A stretch of DNA of 63,982 nt, the filler included, from Choristocarpus tenellus KU-1152 (lineage: Eukaryota; Protista; Phaeophyceae): NCBI GenBank assembly GCA_964200185.2. It is 10 parts of 10 records of this genome, joined end to end, with 100 filler letters (N's around TTAATTAATTAA, not from the genome) between each part and the next. Parts side by side here need not be neighbours in the genome. Positions count along the whole stretch, not along the records: positions 33,053 to 39,376 come from CAXNAD020008392.1; positions 39,477 to 43,180 come from CAXNAD020018416.1; positions 43,281 to 45,905 come from CAXNAD020026169.1; positions 46,006 to 50,718 come from CAXNAD020013370.1; 6 more parts are not named here. One strand, written 5' to 3'. How positions within the stretch are numbered: the stretch's first letter is position 1; every line of letters begins with the position of its first letter. Made by a program: the position numbers and the translations under genes. Positions 35,080 through 48,378 of this stretch are shown piece after piece. A model generated the notes under the pieces. The model saw only the letters and a program-made list of their open reading frames with translations, searched no databases and was not told where the DNA came from.

Positions 35080-38000
35080 GCATTGCCTGGATCTACTGTG
35101 TATGCAACTGACCTCGCTCCTGCCATGGTCTCATTGATCAGGTGAGTGTTTTGCTGGGTGGCGGCAGTGATAGGGGGCAGGGGGGGGGGTTCAATTAGGG
35201 GGGTGAGAGGTGGGAGGGAGAGGGATGGCAAAGAAGTGTGTCAGCAGATAGTCATGGTGGTGCTGTATTCCATCCTTCTTGTTCTTTTTTTTCTAGTTGA
35301 CACTTTATAAGATGTGGCGGAGAGGAAGAGGGAGTCCGCCAGGTGAGCTCTACATGCTTATGCTCAAGCTGTAGGATGTGTTGGTGCTGAGAAGGGCAAG
35401 GAGAGCTCCTGATATGTGCCACCAAGTAGGTTTGAGGGCTGTCACCATTATCATTAAAGTAGGTTCGAGGGGACTAGAAACATATGCGAACACTGGTAGG
35501 GTATGTTGCAGTGCAATCGCAGGTGATTGGTTCGGTGCAACACGTAGGCCATCTCATTGGTGCAAATATTGCTGTTCGTAAATACATTGTCCCAAGACTA
35601 CCCCCTCGAGTTCTGTTACTTTGTCTTGTGCGACGCACTCTTTTATTTTTTATTTTTTATTTTTTTATTTTTATTTTTTATCTTTTATTTTATTTTATTT
35701 TATTTTTATTTTTTATTTTATTTTTTATTAGCCAGTAGGTAGTGGCACCGCATTTGAAGTGACACCCCAATCTTCTTGTGCTCTAGTCACATAATTTGGT
35801 CGCACATCTTGTAGGCACCATGGTACTTCTTTTCCCAAGCGGTTGGTTACCTCTTGAGCACTGAGGGGGAGATACTTTGGCACCCCTCATATATGATAGC
35901 CCACATCCTCCCTACTCTAGAAGCTTTCTGGAGGAGCAAATGAAGAACTGCTAGCCTGCAAATGAAGAACTGCAAATCGAAGGTCTACTTCAGGGTCCTT
36001 TGATCTGTAGCACTCGGTTTGCAATTGCAATTTCACCCTGGATGTATATTGTCAGTTGTAACAGCATACACATTTTTTTTGTTTGTCACAGCACAGGAAT
36101 TTGGTATATGCCAGGTGCTCTCCCTCCCAGGCGAAAAGAGATGTGCGGTATGTACTTTTCTAGGCTTGCCGAGTGCATTGATACCTACGAAAATGCGAGA
36201 TTAATTGTGGATAAATAAATAATTGATATATTGAAGGGGTAGTGGATGGGATGCTATGTGCAGGAGTGCGGCAATCATGTCGGACTTTTATGTCAGGTAC
36301 AGACTGTTCCATGGGTATAGAGATCAATTCTCAACTACGTAGATTTTACTGAAACTGTTGGGGGCTACCGTTTCAATCTCCCCTTCCGCTTCTGCTTCCC
36401 CTTCCCCTCTCTATTTCTACTTGTCATCCTGATAAGACAAACCCAACCTGCAAAGCATTGCTGCCCCAACCTGCGATCTCCCCCTCCCCCTCCCCCTCCA
36501 GTGAACGTGTCCATGATTCAGGCGTCATTAATGTGATCCCTCAGGTGGCAGATGGAGAGTCCCTGAGTGACTTTGAGGACTTGTCTGTGGATGCGGTAAC
36601 ATGCACCTTCGGCCTGATGTTCATGCCACAGTGGCAGAAGGCATTGCAGGCACGTCAACAGCTTGAATTGGAACCTGCATCACTGTAATCCCCCTCCCCC
36701 TTCCCTCCCTACATTGGAAATTGGAAGGGTTGGGACTTCGCCCTGCTCGAAGATTGGTTGATTTCAATAGCAGTGAAAGAAATAGGTTATCGGTAGAAAT
36801 GCAGCTATTGGCAGTATGAGTGGATTGTGCTGTGCTGTGAAGAGTTTTTTTTTTTTTTTTATGCCTTTTAGCCCCGAGCCAAATTATATAAGAGGTGCCC
36901 AGGTGTTTGTCCGTTTGGCATTTGGAGCCTGTTTTTCAATCATTTGCAATTCACCCATATTTGTATCATTTTTTCTATGGATGAAGTCCTAAGTTTGACA
37001 GTAGAGCGTTTATTTCTCCTTTTTTTTTTCAACTTTTCCGGCTCAAGTCAGAAAAATATCCTATGCACATTTTTTGAAAAAATGTTGAATTTTGCGTATG
37101 TTTGTCAGCATCCTTAAAATGAAACTCTGGGTACCTCTTGTTTACTTTGAGTGCCTACAAGTGAGCCCAGGAAAACGTTTCCAGGATGGTGCCCCCGTAT
37201 TGAAGATGCTACCACTATACAGGTTTAGACATTTATAACAGTGTTCATGGTTGTGTCTCAAGTACGCCTCATACTCTCGAGATAAGTTGGTGGCAGTAGG
37301 GATGGCTCAGTGAGGATAGTCATGGACATTTGGACATTATTGTTCAATCCCCTTTACCCATCCATCCCAACGTCATCTAAGAACTGCTGGCTTTATCAGT
37401 GATAAATTTGTTGAATTGGGTTTGGAGATCCTGATTGGAGATGCAGAGGTGAATCTGAAGACTATGACAAGAAAGGGACCATCAATAAAGACCAGGCCAG
37501 TGTGCTCTATTAAGTATTGCTTGTGTGAGCCCAGCGTCTACACCGCATGCCAAACAAGTGATCCAGAATACTATACCGTTGTTAAGACAAGAACACAGCA
37601 TGGAGCCTGCCATGGGGCCGGGATAAAAAAAATCACTTGTATGTGTCAGGGCATGGTATTGCGAAATGAAAGCATGTCAGAAAGGCAGAAAGGGTAGTAT
37701 GACCATTTCTGTCATGCATGAATCCTCACCGTCATAGGACATTGGGCTTAGAATTGTGCTGGTGTTAATAGATATTTTGGTGGGCTTGAGGGATAGGGAG
37801 ACCTTTGAGTGGAGGGAGGTGAGATGCAGGGGAGATGTGGGGATGCAGGTGTAGGGGTAAGGGTAGGGGGGCAACTTGAAAGACATTTTGATCTTACTGC
37901 TCTCTTGTCCCCCTTCAAAATGTTACCATTCAGGAGTTCTTACGTGTGTTGAGGCGAGATGGGATCATGGTAGCCACTGTGTGGGAAGAGGACCACTCAT

Positions 38001-38553
38001 CAATATACTCACGGACACAGGATATCATTAGTCGACTGCGACCAGGTGACTCTCTTTGTCTGCAGTAGTATCTACAAGCACGTATAATGTGTATGTGTAC
38101 AAGCAAAGAACTCCTTCTACACCCTGAAGCATCTGTAGGTAAGAACATATCAACATGTAGTGTTCGAATCTTCTTGCCACATCTCATTGAGTGCCCCTAG
38201 TTCATGGTTACATACTAGGCAAAATAAAACAGTTGGGGCAGGTAGGCCAGTCTGTTTATCCCTTGGCCCATTGCACATGTCCTCTCCTCGTTTGAACCGT
38301 GCCATTTCGCCCCTTCCCACTCCTTGCCTGATTAATCACCCTCATCTCATTTCGTGCTGCCAACACTTGAATATGGCCAGGGTTCAAGACGATAAATCCG
38401 GAGGCACTGGGGTCTTCGGGTGGGGAGGAAGTGATGTCAGCAATGAGGGATGCAGGTTTCATGGACATAACAGTGTCAACTTTCTCTTCACCTTTCTCGT
38501 TCTCTGGCCCAGAGGAGGCATGGTCTCACTTTGTGTTGGCCACCCCCCACAAG
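35080..38553 (+). CDS. Class I SAM-dependent methyltransferase (UbiE/Methyltransf_11-like), internal exons; both ends missing
   Basis: Exons 35080-35141, 36502-36649 (GC donor), 37934-38045 and 38381-38553 splice in phase. Product: ALPGSTVYATDLAPAMV...VADGESLSDFEDLSVDAVTCTFGLMFMPQWQKALQ|EFLRVLRRDGIMVATVW...AMRDAGF. The motif I (GxG) exon was not found in this contig. Confidence 0.85.
35640..35728. repeat. (TTTTA)n low-complexity repeat
   Basis: Read directly from the sequence. Confidence 0.85.
36876..37153. mobile_element. Diverged MITE related to family A
   Basis: Imperfect TIRs GAGCCAAATTATATAAGAGGTGCCCA and TGGGTACCTCTTGTTTACTTTGAG; internal GTTTGTCCGTTTGG shared with family A. Confidence 0.5.
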
Positions 38554-39354
38554 GTGAGGTGATGGGTTATTGTGTTTTGTTAAGACTTGTAGTAGTTGTG
38601 GCAGCATTGGTTCTCAGCTCTTTTCAATAGTAAGATCAAATAGTATCTATAATTTGTTGCCGGGGTCTGGACCAGGGACCAGGGTCATTGATGCAGTTGA
38701 TGGGTTGGACGGTTAGAGCTTCTGATGTGCAGTTATCGTTATGGAGAGAGCAGGGTAGGAGCTTGTTTTTGTGCAGGATTGTATTGTCCTATCGTGGCAC
38801 AGTACCATGTCTCCCCTTCTAAGGAATAAGATTGGGATCGTTCGTAAAATTGTTGCCAAGGTTATACCGGGCATGGGGCATACAATTTGTAAGAGAAATT
38901 CGTTATGGTGTTGGCACTGGTGTTGGGGGTGGAGCTTCGTCATACGGGGATTAGATAACAGGAAAGTGTGTTTTGGTTCCAGGTCCTGAGTCAGCATTAT
39001 TCACACTCCAGATGTGCAGGATATGTGATTAAGGTGGTAGGTCAGAGACTTGAGGTTTAACTTTTTTTACTCCAGAGTTGTTGATTCACTCTGCAGCTAA
39101 CTGCCTGTGTGAAAGCAAACAATCAAGTGCTACTCATATCCTAGATGTGACCATTGTGGCTTTATATATTACTTCCACTCTGCAAGGAGAGCTGTGTTCC
39201 TGGTACAAAACGATCAAGTCAGCTGTAGAAGTGGCAGGCAGAAGCTGTTTACTGTCATCCCTAGCCCGACATGTGTTACTTTTTTGCTATCTCTGTGGTG
39301 TATGTTGATTCAATGCCCAGAGGTTCACTCCTTGATCACAGTTATTGCCCTTGT

Positions 39355-39376
39355 GACCCAAAGTATCTGGGGGGGG
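39355..39376 (+). mobile_element. MITE family B, left end (truncated by linker)
   Basis: GACCCAAAGTATCTGGGGGGG. Confidence 0.75.
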
Positions 39377-40152
39377 NNNNNNNNNNNNNNNNNNNNNNNN
39401 NNNNNNNNNNNNNNNNNNNNTTAATTAATTAANNNNNNNNNNNNNNNNNNNNNNNNNNNNNNNNNNNNNNNNNNNNCCATTTTCGGTCAAACCCATCCTC
39501 CATAGTATGCTCCATCCTTAATTTTGGTGATTGGCTGTTTGTAGCTCTCGCTGTCACACATTACTGCCGATAACAAAGGGCCTGGATCCCACATTATTAG
39601 TCTAACCCTAAGCAGCAAAAAAATCGGAGCGTGGTTCTGTACAAAAAAAAGGACGGATATAGACATAAGTACATTTGCCCCACATCCTCGTCTTCAATCT
39701 TCTGAACTTTTTGCAATACTAGTCGGTTTTGCTTTGCAAATGCTTCTTCATGCAGTAAGTCTCCTGACGTCAGATTCATTTTAGCTGGTGGGCGTTGCTG
39801 GTTATTCCTGATATGCTGTATCGGAGGGAGTAGCAGATGATAGACATGATCATTCAGTAACAGTAGGGTTAGGAACTCCCCCAGGATACAATGCACTACT
39901 AAAGTTTGGGCACTCGCTGCACCCCAGTCCCACTATCACCAAGTAAGTAGTAGTTTATTTATCTGTGTTGGTGAACGGACGAGACCATCTAGAATTGAAA
40001 GTACAATTTTGTTGCTTCGTGTCGAGCGCTCACGATCTTTTTTGAATTCAATTTTGTTTTAGTTTTTTTCGAGTAGTTACCATCATCTGAAGCAAGATCA
40101 GGTATGGTACCATATCCCCAAGTAAAAGGAGGCGATTTCGCAAGATTGGGAG

Positions 40153-43100
40153 ATGGCGACTTCAACCTTTCGATGGGAGCTGGATCGAAGACGTGAGAAT
40201 CTTCTGTCGGAACTTATCCACAATCTGGGTGTGCGCAAAGGGTCGAAAGAACACAAGATGGCCTTGCGGTTCTCCATAGCAAATTCAGCAAGGCATGATT
40301 ATATGGACGCTGAGGCTGGGAAGGTGAGCAAGCTCAACAGAGAATACTAAGATTCAGAAATAGCTACGCCTAGTCGTATGAAGATGCGGTTAGGCTGGGT
40401 CCCTGCGTTGCTTGTTGAGTTCTCATTTCTGGCAATGATTTCAGGTGGAGGACATGATTTGCGGAGTGGCAGAAAAATTGATGCTGCACGGACGCCAGGG
40501 CGATGCTCAACAGCTACTTCATCTGTCTTCCAGCATATGCGCTAAGGTCAGAGACACTCCGCTGCACCTTACCTTTCGTTCTTTGGCGCGTCTATGTTCG
40601 GATAATTTCGCAGGCCAACAAGAATCTCATCGATGCAGCTCTGGTGCCCTGACACACAGGGTGCGAGTACAGCGTGAGACTTGATCCCATCAGATACCTT
40701 ACTTATTTTTGTGACGCATTCCAATCCTTGCAGGTCATTCGCGTTGAGGGTTTCTCTCAGCGATCGGCAGAGATGCTCACGGTTCGCGACAAGCCCTCCA
40801 ACCCCTTCGCAATCCTTTCGATGCTGTTCTCGCTGTCGGGGCCTAAACGTGATTGGGTGGGCATGGGCGGTGTTAGTACCAGGATGGAGAAGGGAATGGA
40901 ATTCTTGACAATCAACTTTGACGATAAATTTGGGTTCAACAACAATGAAAACGACTATGCGAAGGCAAAAGCCGCAGGTGCAGGGGACATGTGGGCAGGC
41001 AATGATTGGACTAGTGTTAACAGTGGAGGACCTCACCCCCAGGATGCGAGAGTTAGTGCGAACGGCGAGGAGGAGGAAAGGGAAGAGGAAGAAGTGATGG
41101 ACGCCAGTGCATGGGAGTGGTTCCAGGCCTTCAACAGTGAAGACAATGCATCCGGTTGGTCAAGCGATGATGACGATCTGGGAAACACAGACGGTACATG
41201 CCTTTACTTTTCTCCCTCCAGTTTTCCATTATTCCTGTAGGATGCTTACGGATTTAGAGCTGCGCTTCATATTTCACCATAGGTGAACTTTTTACCACCT
41301 GTTCCTGACATCTCTTGGATCAGTGATGAACACACTGATGCATATTTCAACAGTTTTGTTGTTCACCCCCCTACCGCGCAATGCTCTACCATTTCGTCAT
41401 CGCTTCATTCATCCATTCTTGCACACACTCCCCCCACTCCCCCCCCACTAACCCATCCTCCAGGTGAGGGATGCGGGAGTCATGAGGCAGAAGAGGATGA
41501 ACAAATCAAGCATAGGGAATTGGAACCACACCCCTTGCCAAGATCACAAGTGCCTGATACCGATCCAAAGGGAACCAACTGCAACATTGCTGGCAGAGGC
41601 TCTATCCCCACTAACCCACAACTTCCCACCTCTTCCTGTGCTATGCCCAGACCATCTCCCGCCACCTGCATCAGACCACAGCTCCAGTTCCGGCACTCGT
41701 TTGGTAAATGCAGTCAGGGTGTGGGAGCACAGCAAACACAAGCCGGTACAACAAGTCTATACCTTCGCCCATGCCAGGTCCTGGCAGCAAGTCAGATGTC
41801 ACGGCCGCTGCCTAAAGCTCTGTCAGAAGGTGCAGTAGGGGGCAGGGTTCCAAGACTGGATAGCTTCGGGGGCTGGCGGCGCAGCAGGGTCCCAGAGGCG
41901 GAGGTTGTTCGGGAGGCACTGATGATGCTACAAGGTTTTCCTGGAGATATCTTTGAGCGCAGCGATGTTACGAGGGATGCAGACCATGTAGGCAGTAGCC
42001 GGCAGCTCACGGTTCTTGCCGATGAAAGTGTGGGGGCAGCTGAGAGAAACAGCAACGGGCAATGGGCATACAGGCCAGGAAGGACCAGAGGTTGTCATGA
42101 CCGGTTTGTGCTTTCACCGTTAGTGGTTGATACCCTGGCGGTGTACACCTTGTCCCCTGACGCACTGCTCGCACAGCTAGAAGAGATTCTGAAGTTGGGG
42201 GACAATGCAGAGTATTTGCGAAGCTTTCTTGTCGACACCTGTCGCTCCGCTGCTACCACTGCCAGAGGCGCTGTGTCAGTTTGTGATGCGCACGAGGCAC
42301 AGTCAATCGCGGTGGNNNNNNNNNNCCCAGCGCGAGGGGCGGTGTGTGGTTTTGTGGGGCGAGCGGGGCAAAGAAAGGGGGGGGGGGGGGGGGGGGGGGG
42401 GCTGCATGGGAAGGGGGTGAAGGTGGGACAGTGGTGTGCAAGTATGGTTCTTGTATGGAGGCGTTTGCAGCGGGCATCCGACTCCAACTGGAGAAATTTG
42501 AGGATGAGGTGGCTCTGCTGGAACGGCGACTTTATCATCGACAACGTGGGAGGGATAATGATGCCAATTTCAGGTTAAAACAGGGTGTAGTTGGGGGCAG
42601 GGGAGGCGTTGAAGAGGTTGGGTGCTGTGAGACCCTGATAGGGGTACTGGAGCTATTGCGGGGGCCTGGGAGTGATGTCCAGCGCGCTAGAAGACTGGTG
42701 GAAGAGGGTGTAGGGTGGTGGGAGGACACCCCACCCGGGGTGGGCATGCAACCTGGAGACAGTGTGTGGGGTGGGCTTCGCCAGCGTACCAGTAGGCTGC
42801 TGATGACTCTTCATGGTGAGCTTGTTGCGGAAGGACTCTTGGATCAGGATCAGGGCTTGAGACAAAAGAGGGGGGAAGAGGTATCGACAGGTTCAGGTAG
42901 AGAGGTTGTGTCCCCGAGGTGTCACTCCCCTATGGCGTGGTTGCTGCACCTATTTTGGGAGGTGCTCGCACCGTACTTGCGTGTGATGGATTCCTGGTTG
43001 GTCGAGGGCAGGTTGGCGGATCACCACAGGGAGGCATTTTTCTCGCTGGTGGATGGCAGCGACGCTCTTGCAGCAACAGCTGCAACAACAACAACAAGTG

Positions 43101-43180
43101 AATGGGGTGAAGGTGGAAGTGGACGGGGAGGGGGTGGGGTAGGAGGCGGAGCATGGTCTCGTCTGAGGTGCGCAGGGGTT
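40153..43180 (+). CDS. TUBGCP5: Gamma-tubulin complex component, GCP5-like (3' partial)
   Basis: Exons 40153-40323, 40445-40546, 40734-41193, 41464->43180; an N gap at 42316-42325 shifts the frame. The N-terminal HDYMD..VEDMICGVAEKLMLH..FAILSMLFSLS resembles the GCP5 extension. Grip1-domain motifs: EAEVVREALMMLQG, LSPDALLAQL, EAFAAGI, LLMTL, LFWEVLAPYLRVMDSWLVEGRLAD..EAFF. Confidence 0.8.
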
Positions 43181-44276
43181 NNNNNNNNNNNNNNNNNNNN
43201 NNNNNNNNNNNNNNNNNNNNNNNNTTAATTAATTAANNNNNNNNNNNNNNNNNNNNNNNNNNNNNNNNNNNNNNNNNNNNTATCCCCCCCCCCCCCCTAC
43301 CCGTCAACAAAACCTCGCCTATTTGCAAAGATCTCAAAAAGTTGGATTTTCTTTTTTCACAAGAGTTGGCGAGTGGGCTCACACGGGAAACTTAAGAGTA
43401 TGATCCGGAGCACCTTGCCTGTTAAAAACAGCTCCGTACTCGGTTTGGAAAACTGATAAATAAATGAATAAATATATGTCTATGTTGGGGGTGATGTGGG
43501 TTGTCACGCCCACTACCAGACTGTTCATAAATGTCCTTACACATTTTTTTTTTTTTACATGTGTTATTGGATTTTTTTTTAAATACGCACGAAAAATGTT
43601 CTATAGTCCGATTAAAGTAAGCACGTGCACCAGAATTTTTTCACACTATATATGAACCAACGGCAACAATCCCCCCACATACAAAGCCCCAATGCTAGAG
43701 GAGGTGTATTATACTTGTGGGCGTTTTGGGATAGGAACGGTCTCGATAGCAGAACTTGGGCACACAATTCATTTGATTGGTTCAACAAATTGAAAAAGAA
43801 AAGATAATCAACACAAGAAGGACAGGTGCTCTTGGGTTGAGACCAAAGCACAGCAATGAGGTTGTAACCCCAAAGTTGGGACCCACACCCACACTCACAC
43901 GAACGATCATACATCATGTATTTATGTATATATATTATATATATACATACACAGGAACTGGTTCAGGAACTTCGGGTCGCCTTCGCAAAAGCAAACAGCA
44001 AGACTGTGATTGGATTGCCCTCAAGAACGGAAGGGCTGGGCTAGGGGGGGGATTCAAAAGCCGACATCCGCGATAAAACACAGTACAGTTGTACACCCTT
44101 TGAAGGCGATGCTATGAGAGTTGAAGGCGTTGCGGCGAAGCGCACGACGGAACCAAAACAACAGTCGATGGAAAGGGATTGTGAGGGGGGGGCGGGGTGT
44201 GTGTGTGGAGGGGAGGGGGACATCCAATCAGTACTTGGCGAGAGTCAGCCCGAGACCTAGCGCATTACTTACAGAA

Positions 44277-44345
44277 GTGTCATAGTATCTTAGAGGGAAG
44301 GAAGGCGTACAGCCCAGGTTGTCCATTTGGGCCTTATTGGGGTGA
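44277..44345 (+). mobile_element. Degenerate family-A MITE fragment
   Basis: GTGTCATAGTATCTTAGAGGG...GTTGTCCATTTGGGCCTT. Confidence 0.55.
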
Positions 44346-45523
44346 TGTAATATACCCTAAGTTTGAAGCCTGTTTAATAGGGTGTGGTTTCCCTTCGTAT
44401 TTTGTTTAGGGTTAGGGATGGAACAGGAGCACACGTTCAGATGAAGTAAATCGCCCCTCTACATCTTACACATCCACTCACACAACATGAGAATCAATTA
44501 CAGGTTCACAAAGACCCCGAACGGACATCCTGACCCCTCCCCCCTCCCCCCTCCCCCCCCTCTAGAATGTCGTGGGTCAAGAATATGAAATACATACAAC
44601 GAGCACGAACAAACACTCTGTGGCAGGTGTTAGGTGGCAGGCGGATCCACACAGAATGAGAAAGAGTCGGGTTCTTTCATGCGCAAGCACGAGGGTAAAC
44701 ACCGCCTTTTATAAAAAATATAAAAAGCAGAGAAGTGTGAATCGAGACGAAATCGGGACCCATGAAGTAAAAAAAAGTACTAAAAAAAAAGTATTACGAT
44801 TGGTTCGACTCTTGTATCATGACTGATCTCACACACACACACACATGCACACCACGTAGCTGTAGCTGCAACAAAATATGCCTCCCAAGTAGTGAGAACA
44901 CCCACCCACATACACACACAATGCCTCTATTTTACAAAATTTGTGTATGACCATAATTACGATATGCTTTGCTCGCTAAATAATAAAAAATATAATTTGC
45001 TTCCTGCATTCAACATGGCATATCTAGATCCATGAAACAAATCGCTTTTCATTACCCCAAATAATGATACTTTTTTTTTTGCTCTTTTTTTTTTTTGGGT
45101 TTTCTTTTTTTCATTCCCACTTACATTCAAATTGCACTTTTCCAAGTCTCCCAAAGATACAAGAAGAGTAGTGTATATATACATATATATGTATCAATAA
45201 CACAAAAAGATGAGTAGCCTACTTTATCTTTCAACACGACCCAGACCTTTCCTATACTCTTCAAGATACAACTCGCCTTAAGTAAAAAAAAAAAATCTGA
45301 GGAATCCGACGCAAAAATCCGTTTTTTTTTTTTTTAATCGGAGGTCATCCCGAAGAGATGTATGCATTAAAAAAAAAATGAACGGACTTACGGGACAAAG
45401 GGAGCATAAAATAATAATAAAAACAATATATATATATATATTTGTTTTCAAGTTGATTTAATTAATATTTATTTATTCGAATTTCGGTTTCATGATGTCG
45501 TAATTATTCCGCATCGGCTTTAC

Positions 45524-45649
45524 CTCTTGATGCTCCCCGCATCCTTCCCATTCACGCTGACACAGAGGGACCTGGGCTTGCAAACAAAGCCAAACTGCAT
45601 GCCCTTCTTCGCCGCACCCTCCTTCCCCACTGCTTCCAGGAGAATGTCC
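45524..45649 (-). CDS. Internal exon of a probable chalcone-isomerase-like (CHI-fold/FAP) protein
   Basis: AG/GT-bounded exon DILLEAVGKEGAAKKGMQFGFVCKPRSLCVSVNGKDAGSIK, resembling the CHI-fold C-terminal 'KGT.F.F...L.V.V.GK..G.I' segment. Other exons not identified. Confidence 0.5.
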
Positions 45650-46005
45650 TTTTTTGTTTTTGACAGGGAACAACAATTGAGGAGGCACACACATTTCAAT
45701 TTATTGTTTTTTCGGACTTGTTGAGTGTGCGTGCGCACGCGTGACTACGAGCACACGCCTTGTTCATGCGTTGAAATCCGTAGGAATAGTTGTACTGCAG
45801 GTGGCAGTAGCGATAAACTTGAGTATGGTGGGATGGGTCAGTGAGGAAGGGGGAGGGGGGGTGCAGGGGGGGGGGGATGTGGAGAAGTACATGGTGATTC
45901 ACACANNNNNNNNNNNNNNNNNNNNNNNNNNNNNNNNNNNNNNNNNNNNTTAATTAATTAANNNNNNNNNNNNNNNNNNNNNNNNNNNNNNNNNNNNNNN
46001 NNNNN

Positions 46006-48378
46006 GTGCCCCACACGATACGCTGCACCTCCCCCTGTAGCTGCTCCAGCCCCCAAGTCAAATACAGGTCCCCTCTTCCACTCCCACAGCTCAGTGTCAA
46101 GCAGGAAAGCATCTTCAAAATGGCGAACACCTCCTTCATCCTCCGGGTCCCATCCTCCATGTAACATGATTGTCTTTCCATCATCAAGGAGGAGGGCTGC
46201 ATGTCCAGTGCGAGGACTCGGTCCGACCCCTACCACAACTGGGGTGATCCACTCCCACCGTGATTTACCTAATGGGCAGTGTGTGATATGTGGAAAGAGG
46301 GCAGTGGGAAGTTAAGTACAGGTGAGATGACAGGGAGGGGGAAGGTAGTAAGAGGGAGTCTACCGAGCAGGATGAATGCTCCACAACAACACAGAAGATG
46401 TTTCTTGTCCCTCCCACCTCTACCCTCGTCTCACTCACGTGTGTCAAGGACATGAACCTTGTCGAAGCTCTCGTTTTGGTTGTTTCCCCCAATGACCACC
46501 ATAAGTTCTCCCACAACAGTGGCAGAGTGGTATGAGCGAGGTGCTGGAGCGCTTCCATCAATTGTGGGGTGACGCCAGTGCCACCTCTCTGTGTCCAGTA
46601 CAGAGATCTTGTTTTGCCATTTTCTGATGAGGGAGAGAAAAAAAATAGAAAAATGAACTGAGACTCATCATACATGGATGACTTTTCAATCTATAGATTG
46701 GAAGAGAGCCTCAAGCAAGCTTCTCATTATTGCACTTCAGCAAGGTGGGTTGGACATAGTGTGAGAAGGAAAACCAAGGTAATGTATTTCCTCACCTTCC
46801 TCTAACACCACCAAAGACCACTAGATCCTTCCCAATCACTGCTGCAGAGTGTCCCGACCGTGCAGCAGGAGGTTTGCCAGAGATGGCAGGAGGATAAAAT
46901 AGATCAATGTCTGCATATTCCAGACAAGGTGCAAAATATGGGGTGGTTTCATGAGTCTTAAGATTCATAACTTGACAATACACAAAGCACACCAAACAAC
47001 CTCAAGACCCCAAATCCATGATTTAGGTCAGGAGGTGATCAAGACTCTAGGGTTGGTACACACACACACCTGTGTCCAGCACCATTATGTCATCCAAGCA
47101 CTCTGGGCAGCCATCCACAGTTCTCTCACCCCCAAAGATTACCAGCAAGTTCTTTCCCTCCAGGAAGGAGGCAGTGTGCCAAGCACGGGGGACACTATCG
47201 CAGTTAACAGGCCTGCTCCACTTCTCTGTGACTGTCAATATAATTTGGGTTGGGGATAGGGTTAGGGTTGAAGAGGAACATATATTTGAGGTATCACTCA
47301 GCCATCAGTGAGAACCTCATTATCACATGTAGACAGAACTTTTAATGCCAGAAGGGAATATGGGGGGATATCCAGGCTGTACCTTTGTATTTCATGTCGG
47401 GAAAGAGAAGCATGAAAGGGATCAAAGAGTCATTCCCAGCGACCAGTTACTCTGTAACTCACCAAAGTCGAACTTGTAAAGATCACCCAGGGTAGCCTCG
47501 TGAGCGTCGTCATCCGCTTGTCCTCCGAGCACCAACATGCGAGAGTCCGAGATCATTGTGGCGGAGTGTCCCCAACGTCCCATCGGTGCACACGAGTCAT
47601 TTTTGGCAGTGACCAAAGTTTGTTCCGCCTTCAAGGACTCCGATACGGACGAGGCGATCGCGAGAACTTCAGATTCCTCTGGTAAATGCCTAGAAGTGGC
47701 GAAAGTGTCTTGCCAGGAGGATGAAACTTCGGCTGCGATTGTAGTCGGGGAGGTCCGTGCAGCCTTTCTTCCACCAGTTTTCTTCGATGAAACACCGGAG
47801 CGCCTGGCACGTTTGGGGATTACGCGAGCAGTACTCGATGTATCGGGCGATACGGCTTGCCCACCACCAGTAACTTCCGCTACCGCTGCGGAGCGCTTAG
47901 GAGCCCCAGGTGCTGGGCTCGATGCGGGAGACTGGTGTATGTCCGTCGTTGTCGGCTGTGCAGGTGAGACAAGCACAGAAAGAGTCCTGCGTTCCGGGGA
48001 CGCCCGGGCAGGGGACTCCTTTTTCGAGAAGGAGACTGGAGATTTTCTTCCCTCGCAAGAGTACCTCACATCGGAGGGAGTGTCCGCAGCTTTAGGGGAC
48101 TCCTGTTCAAGCTGAGACAGGGCAAGGTCCAGGTCCATGTCCGGGTACGGATCACCTCCCAGGGAATAAGAATCACTTGGCGTGGAATCCACCCGAGCAG
48201 AGCGAAGCACAACAGTTCCAGAGTAATGTTCAAGCGAAAGAACAAGGCATCCATTCTTGGCGATGTCAAACTGGCACCCTGCATATGAGGAGAACTCCAA
48301 CTCAATACCCTGGAATCGAATGCTTGGCCCCTTCAGTGGCGATGGGGAAGGCAGTGCCTGACTGTTGCTTGGAGACAT
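46006..48378 (-). CDS. Kelch-repeat (beta-propeller) protein with a long Ser/Pro-rich N-terminal region (3' partial)
   Basis: Exons 48378-47463, 47231-47070, 46910-46796, 46623-46439 and 46268->46006. Repeats: GRWGHSAT..LVLGG, PRAWHTAS..VIFGG, PAARSGHSAA..VVFGG, PAPRSYHSAT..VVIGG, PSPRTGHAA..MLHGG. Confidence 0.92.

Noticed and set aside
42316-42325. Apparent frameshift in GCP5
   Set aside because: It coincides with a 10-N gap and a long G homopolymer; an assembly artefact.
47537-48115. Long antisense ORFs (also 58455-59081, 59241-59714, 9091-9495, 42095-42544)
   Set aside because: Shadows of GC-rich coding exons on the opposite strand.
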